Part shown: one piece after another, positions 9,284 through 18,432 of the stretch
Layout: the number at the start of each line of letters is the position of its first letter
How positions within the stretch are numbered: the stretch's first letter is position 1
Origin: a bacterium
Lineage (GTDB): Bacteria > Acidobacteriota > Blastocatellia > HR10
Direction of reading: 5' to 3'
NCBI GenBank assembly: GCA_041640655.1
Contig: JBEPZV010000002.1
Location: 128,001-192,000, forward strand
Length of the DNA: 64,000 bases
The notes under the pieces: generated by a model
What the model saw: the letters and a program-made list of their open reading frames with translations, nothing else
What the model was told of the DNA's origin: nothing
The model's database searches: none
Program-made: the position numbers and the translations under genes

Positions 9284-10164
9284 ACCGTCTCCAGAATCTG
9301 CGTGAGAGATTCCACCGCCTTGTCTGCTACTCTCTTCCAGGCTTCCCGGTCGTAGGTGCGCCGGAGGAAGACTGCAAGGTCAGTCTCGGCGCTCTCGGGA
9401 AGGTCTTCCAGGCGATCGGAAGCCTGAAGGCCGTAGGCCTTGCGTTCTTCCTCACTGACAAAGGCGCCCACGCCCCAGATCGCATTGGGAGAAAGCCCCG
9501 GCTTTTTGGCCAGCTCTACCGTGGCGTTCTCAACGCTCATCGAGACTTCACCAAAGCCCCGGTTCTTGCCAAAGCCCAGTTTCACAAGCCCGTCGTTGAT
9601 CGCCTGAAGCGTCAGCGCCAGAAGCCCCAGCTGCCAGACCTCGAAGTTCTCCAGCACCAGCGCGGTCCGGAAGCGCCCCTGCACCAGCACCTCGATGTCA
9701 AAAGGGCCCACGGCTACGGCATTCGTCAGCCGGGAGATCGCCACGCCGTAGCGGGTTTCGGTCTTGACCGCACCCTCGGGGAAGGCGTCCGTAAAGGAGA
9801 GCCGACCCTTCAGGCGGGTATTGCCATAGATTCTGCAGGCGCGGCAGGATTTCTTGTAGACCGTCGCCGGATCTTTTTCACTTTCCAATCTACGCCCGCA
9901 GTAGTCCGGGTTAGAGGGAAAGGGCTCAGGGCAGGCTCCATCCTCCCTCACGGTCCGCAGCACCTTTTCCGTGAAGCTTCGGAACGTGCCCTTAAGCGAA
10001 GAGCCGGGGATAAAGACTATCTCACCCTCGGACGTCCACGTGCGCACAAACTGCATATCGGGAAGCGAGGGATTGGGCGAAGCCAGTCCCGACTTGATGA
10101 GAAGGGGTGCACGAGGCTCAATCACAAGATCCAGCTTCAGGGCGTTCCAGCGGCGCTTATGCAT
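9280..10164 (-). CDS. Type III-D Cas7-group RAMP (Csm3-like)
   Basis: PLLIKSG...PDMQFVRT, IPGSSLKG, CRACRIYG, LGFGKNRGFG. Confidence 0.92.
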   Translation of the reverse strand: MHKRRWNALKLDLVIEPRAPLLIKSGLASPNPSLPDMQFVRTWTSEGEIVFIPGSSLKGTFRSFTEKVLRTVREDGACPEPFPSNPDYCGRRLESEKDPATVYKKSCRACRIYGNTRLKGRLSFTDAFPEGAVKTETRYGVAISRLTNAVAVGPFDIEVLVQGRFRTALVLENFEVWQLGLLALTLQAINDGLVKLGFGKNRGFGEVSMSVENATVELAKKPGLSPNAIWGVGAFVSEEERKAYGLQASDRLEDLPESAETDLAVFLRRTYDREAWKRVADKAVESLTQILETV

Positions 10165-11056
10165 GGCTTCCTCCCTCCTTCAGGGCTTGTACAAGTCCCT
10201 GCAGAAGCTCCGAATGCGAAACGGCGGGAGGCTGACCCGCACCCGTCAGGTAGTCCAGCAGATTTTCTCTGCCGATTTTCCGAATGGTGAGTTCAACCAG
10301 TTCGCCCCAGCCGGGACCGCGGGTGGTCTTGCCGCCCACGGGCAGTTCGCCCTTACGCATCGCTTCCAGCGCCAGAAGCAGGAGCCCCACTTCCCACTCC
10401 TCGGCGTTTTCCACCACGATGGTAATGCCGAACGCTGCTCCTGCAGGCACAGTCTCGAAGTCGTATTTGATGCCGGATTTCGCCGAGCCCAGGTCGCGGT
10501 CAATTCCCACGCCGTCGCGGATTTCTGTGAGGCGGAGTAGGCTCTCTTGATTGGACAACATAGCATCCCGGAACGAGACCCGGGATGCCAGCCAGGGCGA
10601 ACCAAAAATCCGACAGGCAGTGCAGGAGTGCTGCCAGACCTGTTGCACGAGCTTTTCATCGTCCAACTGGTTATTCTGCGTTGCACGTTGGACCATACAG
10701 TTTTTGCACCTGCCGCAATCGGAACAGCAACTTCCTTTGCAGTCCTCACAGTGCTCACAGCATTTGGCGATGATGCAGCGATTCTTCTCATCCAGCGGGT
10801 CGCACGCCCAGAGCCGTTCGCCCTGGTGGGTCTGCTTGAGTTCGTCCATCGTGCGCAGGAGCCGCTCTACGTGCGCGCGCACCGCGCCCTTGAGGGAGGA
10901 ACCCGGGATGAAGGGAACGCCTTCCGGGGTCTTGATGACGGGAAGGTCGGAGCCAGCGGGCATGAGCGATGCGCGGGCGCCCACGGAAAGGGCGGTCTTC
11001 ATCCGCAGGGTTGCGGTAATGAGCCAACGGTTTTCGAAGTGCCAGAAGGAATGCAT
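10157..11056 (-). CDS. Type III-D Cas7-group RAMP (Csx7/Csm3-like) with a Cys-rich insert
   Basis: ALSVG...SDLPV, IPGSSLKGAVR, CTACRIFGS, RDGVGIDR, VGGKTTRGPG. Confidence 0.92.
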   Translation of the reverse strand: MHSFWHFENRWLITATLRMKTALSVGARASLMPAGSDLPVIKTPEGVPFIPGSSLKGAVRAHVERLLRTMDELKQTHQGERLWACDPLDEKNRCIIAKCCEHCEDCKGSCCSDCGRCKNCMVQRATQNNQLDDEKLVQQVWQHSCTACRIFGSPWLASRVSFRDAMLSNQESLLRLTEIRDGVGIDRDLGSAKSGIKYDFETVPAGAAFGITIVVENAEEWEVGLLLLALEAMRKGELPVGGKTTRGPGWGELVELTIRKIGRENLLDYLTGAGQPPAVSHSELLQGLVQALKEGGSHA

Positions 11057-11059
11057 GCT

Positions 11060-11896
11060 CTATCCCTCCCTCTGCTTTTCTAGCCACACGGCAACTTCTC
11101 GGGTAAAGGTGGAGAACTGTTCCGGGGCCTGCTGGAGGGCTTCGAGCACATGCCGAAGATCAATCTGCACGTATTCGTGCACAAGCACGTTCCGAAACCC
11201 TCCCGCTCCGCGCAAAGAAGCATACAGGGATTGGGAGATCACACCCACCGAGCACAGCTCTCGCAAAAGCGCCTCGTACGTTTCCGGCTTCCTTCGGAAG
11301 TGCTCGGCGAGGATGTGGTCGGCAAGCTGGAAAATCAGCGTTAATCCCGCCAGGAGCCCTCGTTCCACTGTCCAGCGGAGGCTCAGATTGGTCTCTAGCT
11401 CCAGCAGGGTTACGGTTCGATATTTCGCCAGCTCCGCACTGACCTTCTGGAGCTCCTCCAGCGCTGCGGCGATGAAGGTGCGGTTCAGTCCCATGGCTTC
11501 CTCCTTTTTCCGATGCGTCCGGAGACCTTCCTCCCGGAGAAGTGCTCGCGTAGCGGCTTCCCAGCGCATTCGTTCGCCCGACTCTCGCTCGTAGAGGCAG
11601 ATTCCCGTGCGCATGATCTGCTCCCGCAGCCAGAGGGGCGCCTGGGGAAGCTCCACCAGGTCCAGTCGGTCGGTGCCGAGCGCTTCGGAAAGCTCTGCAT
11701 AGAACGGCTGGAAGCGAAAGTCTGGGGCAGGCAAGAGCGCCAGGTCCACATCTTCTGCCTCCTCCGGCATACGGGCTGCCGAGCCGAACAGGTAGACAAG
11801 CCGCACCGGGTGACGGGCGAAGAGGGCATCGAGCTCCGAAAGCCGGAAACCTCTTCTCAAGGATGGCAGATGCGCGTATTTCTCTCGCACTCCCAT
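11060..11896 (-). CDS. Fused minimal nucleotidyltransferase (MntA-like) - HEPN (HepT/DUF86-like) protein
   Basis: N-half YLFGS-x9-DVDLA and DLVEL; C-half GFRNVLVHEY (R-x4-H-x-Y); single uninterrupted frame. Confidence 0.88.
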   Translation of the reverse strand: MGVREKYAHLPSLRRGFRLSELDALFARHPVRLVYLFGSAARMPEEAEDVDLALLPAPDFRFQPFYAELSEALGTDRLDLVELPQAPLWLREQIMRTGICLYERESGERMRWEAATRALLREEGLRTHRKKEEAMGLNRTFIAAALEELQKVSAELAKYRTVTLLELETNLSLRWTVERGLLAGLTLIFQLADHILAEHFRRKPETYEALLRELCSVGVISQSLYASLRGAGGFRNVLVHEYVQIDLRHVLEALQQAPEQFSTFTREVAVWLEKQREG

Positions 11897-11901
11897 GCCA
11901 C

Positions 11902-12279
11902 TCAGCTCTTCCGCTCCGCTACGAACTTCCGCACCAGAAAACCCAGATAGAGGCGGATCAGCTCCATACGCACCCGGCGGAGCAGTTCAGGATTCCGTTG
12001 TGCAATCTGCTCCGCCCTCCGACTTAGCTCTCGCATATCCTCCAGAATCTGGCGCCCCACCTCAGCAGGGAGCTTTCTCCGCCCCATCTGGTAGCCGATG
12101 AAGTTTTCCAGCGCCAACACGGAATCGGTAGCCGAGGCCAGATTTTGAAGGTTGCGCAGTTGGGATTCCTCAAGGTCTAGGCTCGCTGCACGGGTTCTTG
12201 TAATGCAGGACTCCGCCTTCTGCACGATGTCGTCGAGGCTGTGTTCAATCTGCTGCAAAACCTTTGCTTCGGTGCTCAT
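11902..12279 (-). CDS. Type III small subunit Cas11 (Csm2-like)
   Basis: 125 aa helical, SQLRNL...FIGYQMGR...YLGFL; follows csx10. Confidence 0.8.
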   Translation of the reverse strand: MSTEAKVLQQIEHSLDDIVQKAESCITRTRAASLDLEESQLRNLQNLASATDSVLALENFIGYQMGRRKLPAEVGRQILEDMRELSRRAEQIAQRNPELLRRVRMELIRLYLGFLVRKFVAERKS

Positions 12280-13475
12280 ACCGGCATCACCTCCATGTGG
12301 AACGGATGGCAGATGAGGATTTCGCCCAGCCCTTCGTCGGTACGGATTCCCACACCTCGGGCTTCACGGTCTTCGAGAAACGGCAAAAGCGCCTGCGGGG
12401 AGGCGTCCACCCGGAACACATACACACTCCCCATCGCCGCACCCAGATGGGTGGGCTTAGGCAGCCCCCAGGCCGTGGAGAAGCCTCCCACGAAGGTCGG
12501 CTGCGTCGCCCAAAAGACGGGCTCCAGTATCTGCCCGTTGAAGGGCAGAAAGAGCTTCAGTGTAGGCAGACCGTCCGGATCACGAAGAACGGCGGGCACC
12601 AGCAGGTCCACGCTGAAGTAGGTTCCAGATGGCGCATCTGGCACGGAACTGCCCACCTGCCGGGCAAGTGCGGCAAGGTCGCGCCAGACCTCGCGGAGCT
12701 TGTCATTGAAGATCCTGAGGCGCTCTGCAATCGGGTCCACGCGGGGTTCGGTTTCCCGCAGACGGGCGGCGCCGAAGCCCCGCGTGGTCAGGGCGCCAAC
12801 GCCTGCCTCTTCCACCGCCTGCTTGAGTTCTTCGATGACCGTTTCGTCCTCGGTCCAGATCCTCCCCACGAAACACCCCTGCGGTTGCATCCCGATCAAC
12901 CGATAGAGCATTCCTTCCTGCGCGGCACGGCGGTGACGGCTGAGCGCTACCTTCGTTTGCACACCTTGAGACATAGGGACTTTCATCCACCCCTCAGGCA
13001 AGCTTGCATAAAATCCACCGACCTTCTCCATCCGTCCGCCGCAGCGCTTATCCTCCGCCATCTGCGCCGTACAGCGAAGGAGCAGCGGAACAGGGAAGCG
13101 AGCCCCCAAACGTTTCAACTCTGAGTATGCCACAGCAACGAGGAGACTATCACGGATACCATGTCCTACGTCCTTCCGCCTCTCTCGGAGAACGTTACGA
13201 AAGCCACCGTGAAGCTTACACTCCAGGGCTGTCATCGGAAATGGCAAAGCGTACACGCTTTCTGAAGGCGTTGGAAAGAAATTACCAAACCGAATTTGTT
13301 GCACGGCAGGCAGAATTTCATTTGTGTTTCCCTGCAGTTTAAGCCACTCCGCCAACGCCCCCCGGAGCACGCTGCCAGGGATATAACCTCGCGTGCCAAG
13401 GTAGTCGCCTTTGGGCTTCACATCGCCCGTAAGAATCGGTTCTTCAGGAATCACTACAATGAAATACTCCCTCAT
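12276..13475 (-). CDS. csx10: Type III-D Csx10 (Cas5-group RAMP)
   Basis: YIPGSVLRGALA, VGALTTRGFG, MGSVYVF, GVGIRTDEGLG (two RAMP G-loops). Confidence 0.9.
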   Translation of the reverse strand: MREYFIVVIPEEPILTGDVKPKGDYLGTRGYIPGSVLRGALAEWLKLQGNTNEILPAVQQIRFGNFFPTPSESVYALPFPMTALECKLHGGFRNVLRERRKDVGHGIRDSLLVAVAYSELKRLGARFPVPLLLRCTAQMAEDKRCGGRMEKVGGFYASLPEGWMKVPMSQGVQTKVALSRHRRAAQEGMLYRLIGMQPQGCFVGRIWTEDETVIEELKQAVEEAGVGALTTRGFGAARLRETEPRVDPIAERLRIFNDKLREVWRDLAALARQVGSSVPDAPSGTYFSVDLLVPAVLRDPDGLPTLKLFLPFNGQILEPVFWATQPTFVGGFSTAWGLPKPTHLGAAMGSVYVFRVDASPQALLPFLEDREARGVGIRTDEGLGEILICHPFHMEVMPV

Positions 13476-14122
13476 GATGCAGCCCCATCAGGTCGTTCAA
13501 CAAATGCCCTGACCTTGTGAGCGAGGTCATCCTTAGAGATATTCTGTCCGTTCACGCTTGCTTGAAAGTCTTCCAACTCTACCCAGCCTAGACCTCGGGA
13601 GCGTGCCGCGCCAATAGCATAGCCCATATTGGCTCCCAGCCAAAGGAGCGCCGCCGCTGCTCTGGCTTCGCTCTCAGAATCGAAAATTCCCTGAACCTTG
13701 CCCTCCAATGTCGGATACCATGCCACCTCTGTGGAGAACAATCGCTCTTCATAAGCGGTCTTGCGACGCCGGCTCAAAGAAACACTCATCTTCACATCCC
13801 GCAAAGCACCCTGAAACTTAGCATCGTGGAACCGGAGAGGCGACCTATCCCGCGGGTGTCCGAAGACCTCGCACACGGGACAGAGCCCACAGATGGTGGA
13901 TACTGTAGAAGCGTCGCATACACGCACACCGAGACCCCGCAAGGCGCGTTCTGCTCCCTCTCGCAGCCAACCTTTGAGCGTGGTGGCGGGGATGACAGGA
14001 TGCTTGCCGTCATGCCAATCCAGCACCAGCGCCTTGTCGGTCCACAACTTTGCTCGCTCGCCGGTCACATGTACGCCCGACGCGAACCGGAAGCGAAGAA
14101 GAACTTCAAGCCGACTCCTCAT
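13472..14122 (-). CDS. csm3: Type III-D Cas7-group RAMP Csm3
   Basis: VHVTG...TDKAL, IPATTLKG, CPVCEVFG, IGAARSRGLG; ATG overlaps the cas10 stop. Confidence 0.88.
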   Translation of the reverse strand: MRSRLEVLLRFRFASGVHVTGERAKLWTDKALVLDWHDGKHPVIPATTLKGWLREGAERALRGLGVRVCDASTVSTICGLCPVCEVFGHPRDRSPLRFHDAKFQGALRDVKMSVSLSRRRKTAYEERLFSTEVAWYPTLEGKVQGIFDSESEARAAAALLWLGANMGYAIGAARSRGLGWVELEDFQASVNGQNISKDDLAHKVRAFVERPDGAAS

Positions 14123-15795
14123 AGACGAACCTCCAAGACGGGATACTTGTGTGCCTCCAGCTCGATTAGTTCCAGCACATCCAGAAGAGCCGTCTGCCAG
14201 CCGCCAGCATTTCTCCGCCAAAACCAGAATCCCTCAGGAGCTGGTGTTCCACCGTCCACTAACTCCCCTAACTCCTCATAAGCAGCTCGCAGGTCCTCTT
14301 TATGCTCTTTGGAGCGCGCCACCTGATACAACGCATAATTGAGAGACACATGGACGCCCTTTTCCAACGATTCGGCCAAGGTTCTACGCTGAGCGGCTGG
14401 GCTATGGGATAACTTCCTCGCCAGCGCTGACAGTCGCTCTGCTTGTGCTACCGTATAAGGGCGAGCGGTCAGATGGCGCGCAGCCTCGTCACGCGCATAT
14501 AGAGCCTTCAGTATAACCTTCGCCTCTTCGGATATAACCGGCGCTCGCAACCACAGATGGCAGAGCGTTCCGGTTCGTTTCTCTCGCGCCAATCTCTTCG
14601 CTTCCTTGAGCAACCCTTCCGCCAGATCGAACAGAAAGCGAATGGGATATTTCACATCGGCGATCGCCAAACCAGCGGACGTGGTCAGACGAGTTCCTCT
14701 GCCGCCAAATGCAGCTTGGAGTTTTTGAATCTCAGTATGGCTCTCAAACCCCCTGAGCAGATTCACCGCCAACGCCCAACCAGCACTTGCGGGCACGATG
14801 ACCACGACATCATCTCCTCCGAGGGCGATGATCTCAAACGGCAGCGTGTTCCGTGCGAGCCGCTCTGATCCGAACGTTTCCCACAGGGCCGCAAAGAGCG
14901 CCTCCTCCGTCGCTGTGCTCAAAGCTGTTGAAATATCGCGGTACTCCTGCAACGATTTCGCTCGTTGCAGCAGATCGCCCATGTTATTTCCGTCGGCGTA
15001 GAGCAGGGCAATTCTTCCTTCTCCGGCTGCCAGGGCATCCAAATCTTGTGGGGTTTTCCCAATGATTTCCACACCTTTTTTCTCCCGCACCCACTTGCGG
15101 AATCTCAGCAAAAACTCTCGTTTCCCCCCTCGGCCTTTCCGGCGCTTCATCGAACACAAGCCGCAGAGCCACTCTGCTGGTTCTCGCGCCTCATCACGCT
15201 CCTCTGCCGCCCGTTTCCCGCACGATTGGCACCGCTGGTGAATGGGCAAAGTTTCGTAGAAAGGCGCGCGTTCTTTCCGGCGCTTTGCCTCCTGAAGCTT
15301 CCCCGTGAGTTGAGCAACGAGTTCACCGAAGTTCTTTCGATCCGCGCGGTTCGTGACGATCGCATCAAAATGGCTAAAGAGCAAATCTTGGGCAATCCCG
15401 CGCCCCTGGAGTTGGTTGAGGGTTCGCTCATCATGAGGAAAGATGCCTCGCTCCAAATCAGCACGATCCATCGGATCCGATGCGACGACAGTGATGGTTG
15501 CAGTTTTCGTGCGTTCAAGGTAAAGCCGTTCGATTTCCCGCTTCAACCTGTCCGCCTCACCCGCGGGCACTACGGCAAGGAAACCGCCACCTCCACAATA
15601 AATCAGATCCTTCTCTGGAGCATTTTGTGGGAAAAGCTCGCGAATCTCTTCTTCCAGCTCCGTTAAGATTTCGCTCCCGCCACGGATCTCCGGCAAAGCG
15701 CTTGTCTCATACACGAACGTCTTGATCGCGTCCACGTCGCCGAGCAGGAGGCGAACAGGCGTAACTTCTTTGCCATTTTCAGTTTGTGCGCTCAA
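14119..15795 (-). CDS. cas10: Type III-D Cas10, no HD domain, intact GGDD
   Basis: GDVDAIK..IRGGS, YCGGGGF, CQSCG..CGLC zinc finger, YADGNNMG, LGGDDV; likely TTG start at 15795 after GAGGAG. Confidence 0.95.
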   Translation of the reverse strand: MSAQTENGKEVTPVRLLLGDVDAIKTFVYETSALPEIRGGSEILTELEEEIRELFPQNAPEKDLIYCGGGGFLAVVPAGEADRLKREIERLYLERTKTATITVVASDPMDRADLERGIFPHDERTLNQLQGRGIAQDLLFSHFDAIVTNRADRKNFGELVAQLTGKLQEAKRRKERAPFYETLPIHQRCQSCGKRAAEERDEAREPAEWLCGLCSMKRRKGRGGKREFLLRFRKWVREKKGVEIIGKTPQDLDALAAGEGRIALLYADGNNMGDLLQRAKSLQEYRDISTALSTATEEALFAALWETFGSERLARNTLPFEIIALGGDDVVVIVPASAGWALAVNLLRGFESHTEIQKLQAAFGGRGTRLTTSAGLAIADVKYPIRFLFDLAEGLLKEAKRLAREKRTGTLCHLWLRAPVISEEAKVILKALYARDEAARHLTARPYTVAQAERLSALARKLSHSPAAQRRTLAESLEKGVHVSLNYALYQVARSKEHKEDLRAAYEELGELVDGGTPAPEGFWFWRRNAGGWQTALLDVLELIELEAHKYPVLEVRL

Positions 15796-15853
15796 TTTAT
15801 TCTCCTCGTCTCCACATCGCGCGTTTCGTTCGCGGGGATCAAAGTGTGCCAAT

Positions 15854-15882
15854 AATATACCACGAAGCTAAGCAAAGAGTAA
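15854..15882 (-). promoter_or_regulatory. Probable sigma70 promoter of the III-D cassette
   Basis: TTACTC-N17-TATATT with an extended -10 (TGG TATATT), in an AT-rich gap upstream of cas10. Confidence 0.55.
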
Positions 15883-16107
15883 TAAGACCAGAGATCCCTC
15901 ACCTTTAGAAAGCCGGAGCTTCGGTAGAGCCATCGCTCAGGGAGCCCTTGAAAATCAGGGCAGTCCTGAAAGCGCTTGCGCGTTGAGCACTCGACTTCGC
16001 GCCTTTTGGGCTCAAGATGGGGAATTCCTTTTTCCACTGCCAAGACGCAGAGGATCGAGTAGCGCGATTTGACCAATCGCGCCACTTTAACTGCACGCCA
16101 AACCGTA

Positions 16108-16117
16108 TGCTCAATCC
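16108..16117. repeat. 10-bp direct repeat TGCTCAATCC, copy 2 (right flank; includes the cas5 stop)
   Basis: Identical to 5191-5200. Confidence 0.6.
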
Positions 16118-16875
16118 ACGCATCGCTCAAAAAATACACATTGCACCTCCTTCTTCCTAAGCACGAAGATCGGGATTTTACCTCCGGCACATCGCACCTT
16201 CAGCGGTTTCGCTTCGCGCGAGAGATAGGCCAGATAGAGATGGCGAAAGCGACGATCCGGGAAGACTTCGTTGGGAACTCGCTCTTCGCGCAAGATGGCT
16301 TCGGACTCGGAAAGATCAATCGCCTTCGCTGTCGCCTCATCGAGAGGGAGGACCGAACAGATATCGGCTTGCTCTACCTCAATCAGTTCTGCAACATCTT
16401 CTCCTTCCCACTCGATGTCGGCCAAAAAACCCATGATTCCCATGCAAGGCGGATACACCCATCGTTTCTGCTGGAGACGCTCTCTCAGTTCGTTCATCAG
16501 CTGCTCATCCCGATGCCAAAAGACAATCCGATAGTGAGGTCGGCGAATGACCTCCAGGTTCTCCTGAAATGACTCGATCATCTTGGCAGGGCGGAATCTC
16601 CCTTTATTCAGGATTGGTGGACCTTGGCGCCACTTTTCAGGAAGACGATCCTTCACGATCGATCGCAGCGGACAGACGGCGATACGCGTCGCGTCTGCCG
16701 GAAAGCGTTCCGCCAGCTTGCTACGTGGGACGCCCAAGATCGCGCCGACCATCCCGATCACGGATGTGCGCGGCGGAAAACTATAGGTCAGGGCCGAGGT
16801 AGTCGTGAACCACTTGCGCCAGTGCCCAAATGTGCCACGAATGGTGAAAAGATAGACTGGTATCCCATCGCCCAT
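16111..16875 (-). CDS. cas5: Type I-B Cas5
   Basis: IRGTFGHWRK..TTTSALTYSFPPRTSVIGMVGAILG; YPPCMG. Confidence 0.95.
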   Translation of the reverse strand: MGDGIPVYLFTIRGTFGHWRKWFTTTSALTYSFPPRTSVIGMVGAILGVPRSKLAERFPADATRIAVCPLRSIVKDRLPEKWRQGPPILNKGRFRPAKMIESFQENLEVIRRPHYRIVFWHRDEQLMNELRERLQQKRWVYPPCMGIMGFLADIEWEGEDVAELIEVEQADICSVLPLDEATAKAIDLSESEAILREERVPNEVFPDRRFRHLYLAYLSREAKPLKVRCAGGKIPIFVLRKKEVQCVFFERCVD

Positions 16876-16891
16876 AGTACCTCCATCACGC

Positions 16892-17917
16892 TTAGAATTC
16901 TCGGATGGTCAAGGCATCAGACTTGTCGCCCAGGAGCTCCTTTAACTTTTCGCTCAGCTCCTCAGGCGAGAGCCTCAGCCCGGCATCTATCCAGCATTCG
17001 ATTCGGGCCAAATTCTCGCGCCGCCGTTGAACGCACTCCAGCACGCCGTCTATTTTCACTTTGTAGTCTTTAGGAGAGCGGATGCGCCGCTCGTCTCCCA
17101 GATTGTGCTCCAGCTCGACGCGGTCGAGGAAATAGCCACATTGAACTTCGTTCCGGAAGTCGAAGCGCAAAAGAAGACGCGGATGGTGGAAAGCCTTCGA
17201 GCGCGAATGCAGCGCCAACGTGCCGTGCCACAGCGCTTCCATCAGCAGTTTTACATCATCCTCGGTGAGGCCCGTTTCCTTTGCCAGGTTCTCGTTGATC
17301 ACACCGTAGAAGCCGATGAGCGCGTAGGGGACGATGAACTCGCGCCGAAACGTCTTCTGTCGGGCTGTTTCTTTGGAAGCGAAGCCGCCGGTGCCCGCGA
17401 TTTCGATGATCTCAGCAGCATGGAGGCTCTGTCCCGGATTGAACTGCACGGCTCCGGTCAGTTGAATGCCTCCGCTCTCGCCCTTTTCCTCGGTCTTCGC
17501 TGAGGCTTCGCCCCCACCCTTCTTGCCCTTCGTTGTTTTCTTCTCAGTGATCGGCACGAGAGCGCCGAACAGCCGCACATCCACGCACTTCTTGATGAGC
17601 TGCTCTTTAGCCTTTTCCACTTCGCCGGCTTTCGGCAAGCTTCCGAAAATCTCTTCGTAGCGTCGCTCCGCCGTTAGAGCCTTCTCATCAGCGACGCGAA
17701 CGAAGATTTCCAGGCCATCGTCCCGATCGCGGCGCTTGTAGCGGAGGATATAATCCCGAATGGTCCGTTTGAGGCGCACATCGGTGACATCAATCCGACC
17801 CGTTTCGGGGTCCTGTCTTGGGCGGTTTTCGAACGGATCGCCGTTCGGATTGCAGCGAAACACGTCGTAGAGAAAGAGGATCTCAGACCGATAGGGATAG
17901 GTTGAACTTTTTTCCAT
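16892..17917 (-). CDS. cas7: Type I-B Cas7 (Csh2 family)
   Basis: EILFLYDV..CNPNGDP..NRPR, TDVRLKRTIRDY, DVRLFGA. Confidence 0.95.
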   Translation of the reverse strand: MEKSSTYPYRSEILFLYDVFRCNPNGDPFENRPRQDPETGRIDVTDVRLKRTIRDYILRYKRRDRDDGLEIFVRVADEKALTAERRYEEIFGSLPKAGEVEKAKEQLIKKCVDVRLFGALVPITEKKTTKGKKGGGEASAKTEEKGESGGIQLTGAVQFNPGQSLHAAEIIEIAGTGGFASKETARQKTFRREFIVPYALIGFYGVINENLAKETGLTEDDVKLLMEALWHGTLALHSRSKAFHHPRLLLRFDFRNEVQCGYFLDRVELEHNLGDERRIRSPKDYKVKIDGVLECVQRRRENLARIECWIDAGLRLSPEELSEKLKELLGDKSDALTIREF

Positions 17918-17934
17918 GACGCACCTCCTTGGGT

Positions 17935-18432
17935 TTAGGATTCACCTTCTATTTCCTCTTCGGGAGAAGCTTCCTCGGCCTCTTCGCCCGGTGGCGTCTC
18001 TAACGCCTTACGGACGGCATCCACCGTCGCCCACCAGAGCCCCCAGCCCAGACAGAAGCAAAACCGAGCCTCCTCATCCGAGAGCTCGCCGTCCTGCGAA
18101 GCGAAATCGCACGCCGCCTGTTGAATCGCCTGAATCGCCTGGGTGTTGGCGTCTAATTGGCGAAGCTTCAGCATGAGTTCAGGGAAGATCTTCACCATGA
18201 TCTCTTCCCGCGAAACCGCAAGCCCTCGCAGGCGGCTGACGATGGGCATCTCGCCGGCCTTGCTCTGTCTCTCGCCTCGCTGCTTGCTTTCCACCTGCCC
18301 AAAGAGAACACCAATGAGGAACGCCGCACGCTTTGCGGGGGAATCAAGGAGAAGCCTTGGCTTGAAGAAATTCTCCCAAAACTCCGGCGTCACCCCGGAC
18401 TTTACTGGTTGCGTTGTGGTTTGCGTTGCCAT
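17935..18432 (-). CDS. Cas11b translated from an internal in-frame start in cas8b (predicted)
   Basis: GAAGGAGGT-gcaaat-ATG inside cas8b just before the helical C-terminal domain; 165 aa. Confidence 0.75.
   Translation of the reverse strand: MATQTTTQPVKSGVTPEFWENFFKPRLLLDSPAKRAAFLIGVLFGQVESKQRGERQSKAGEMPIVSRLRGLAVSREEIMVKIFPELMLKLRQLDANTQAIQAIQQAACDFASQDGELSDEEARFCFCLGWGLWWATVDAVRKALETPPGEEAEEASPEEEIEGES

Noticed and set aside
15792..16190. 132-aa ORF between cas5 and cas10
   Set aside because: It overlaps cas5, runs through the predicted cas10 promoter and shows no motif or clear RBS.
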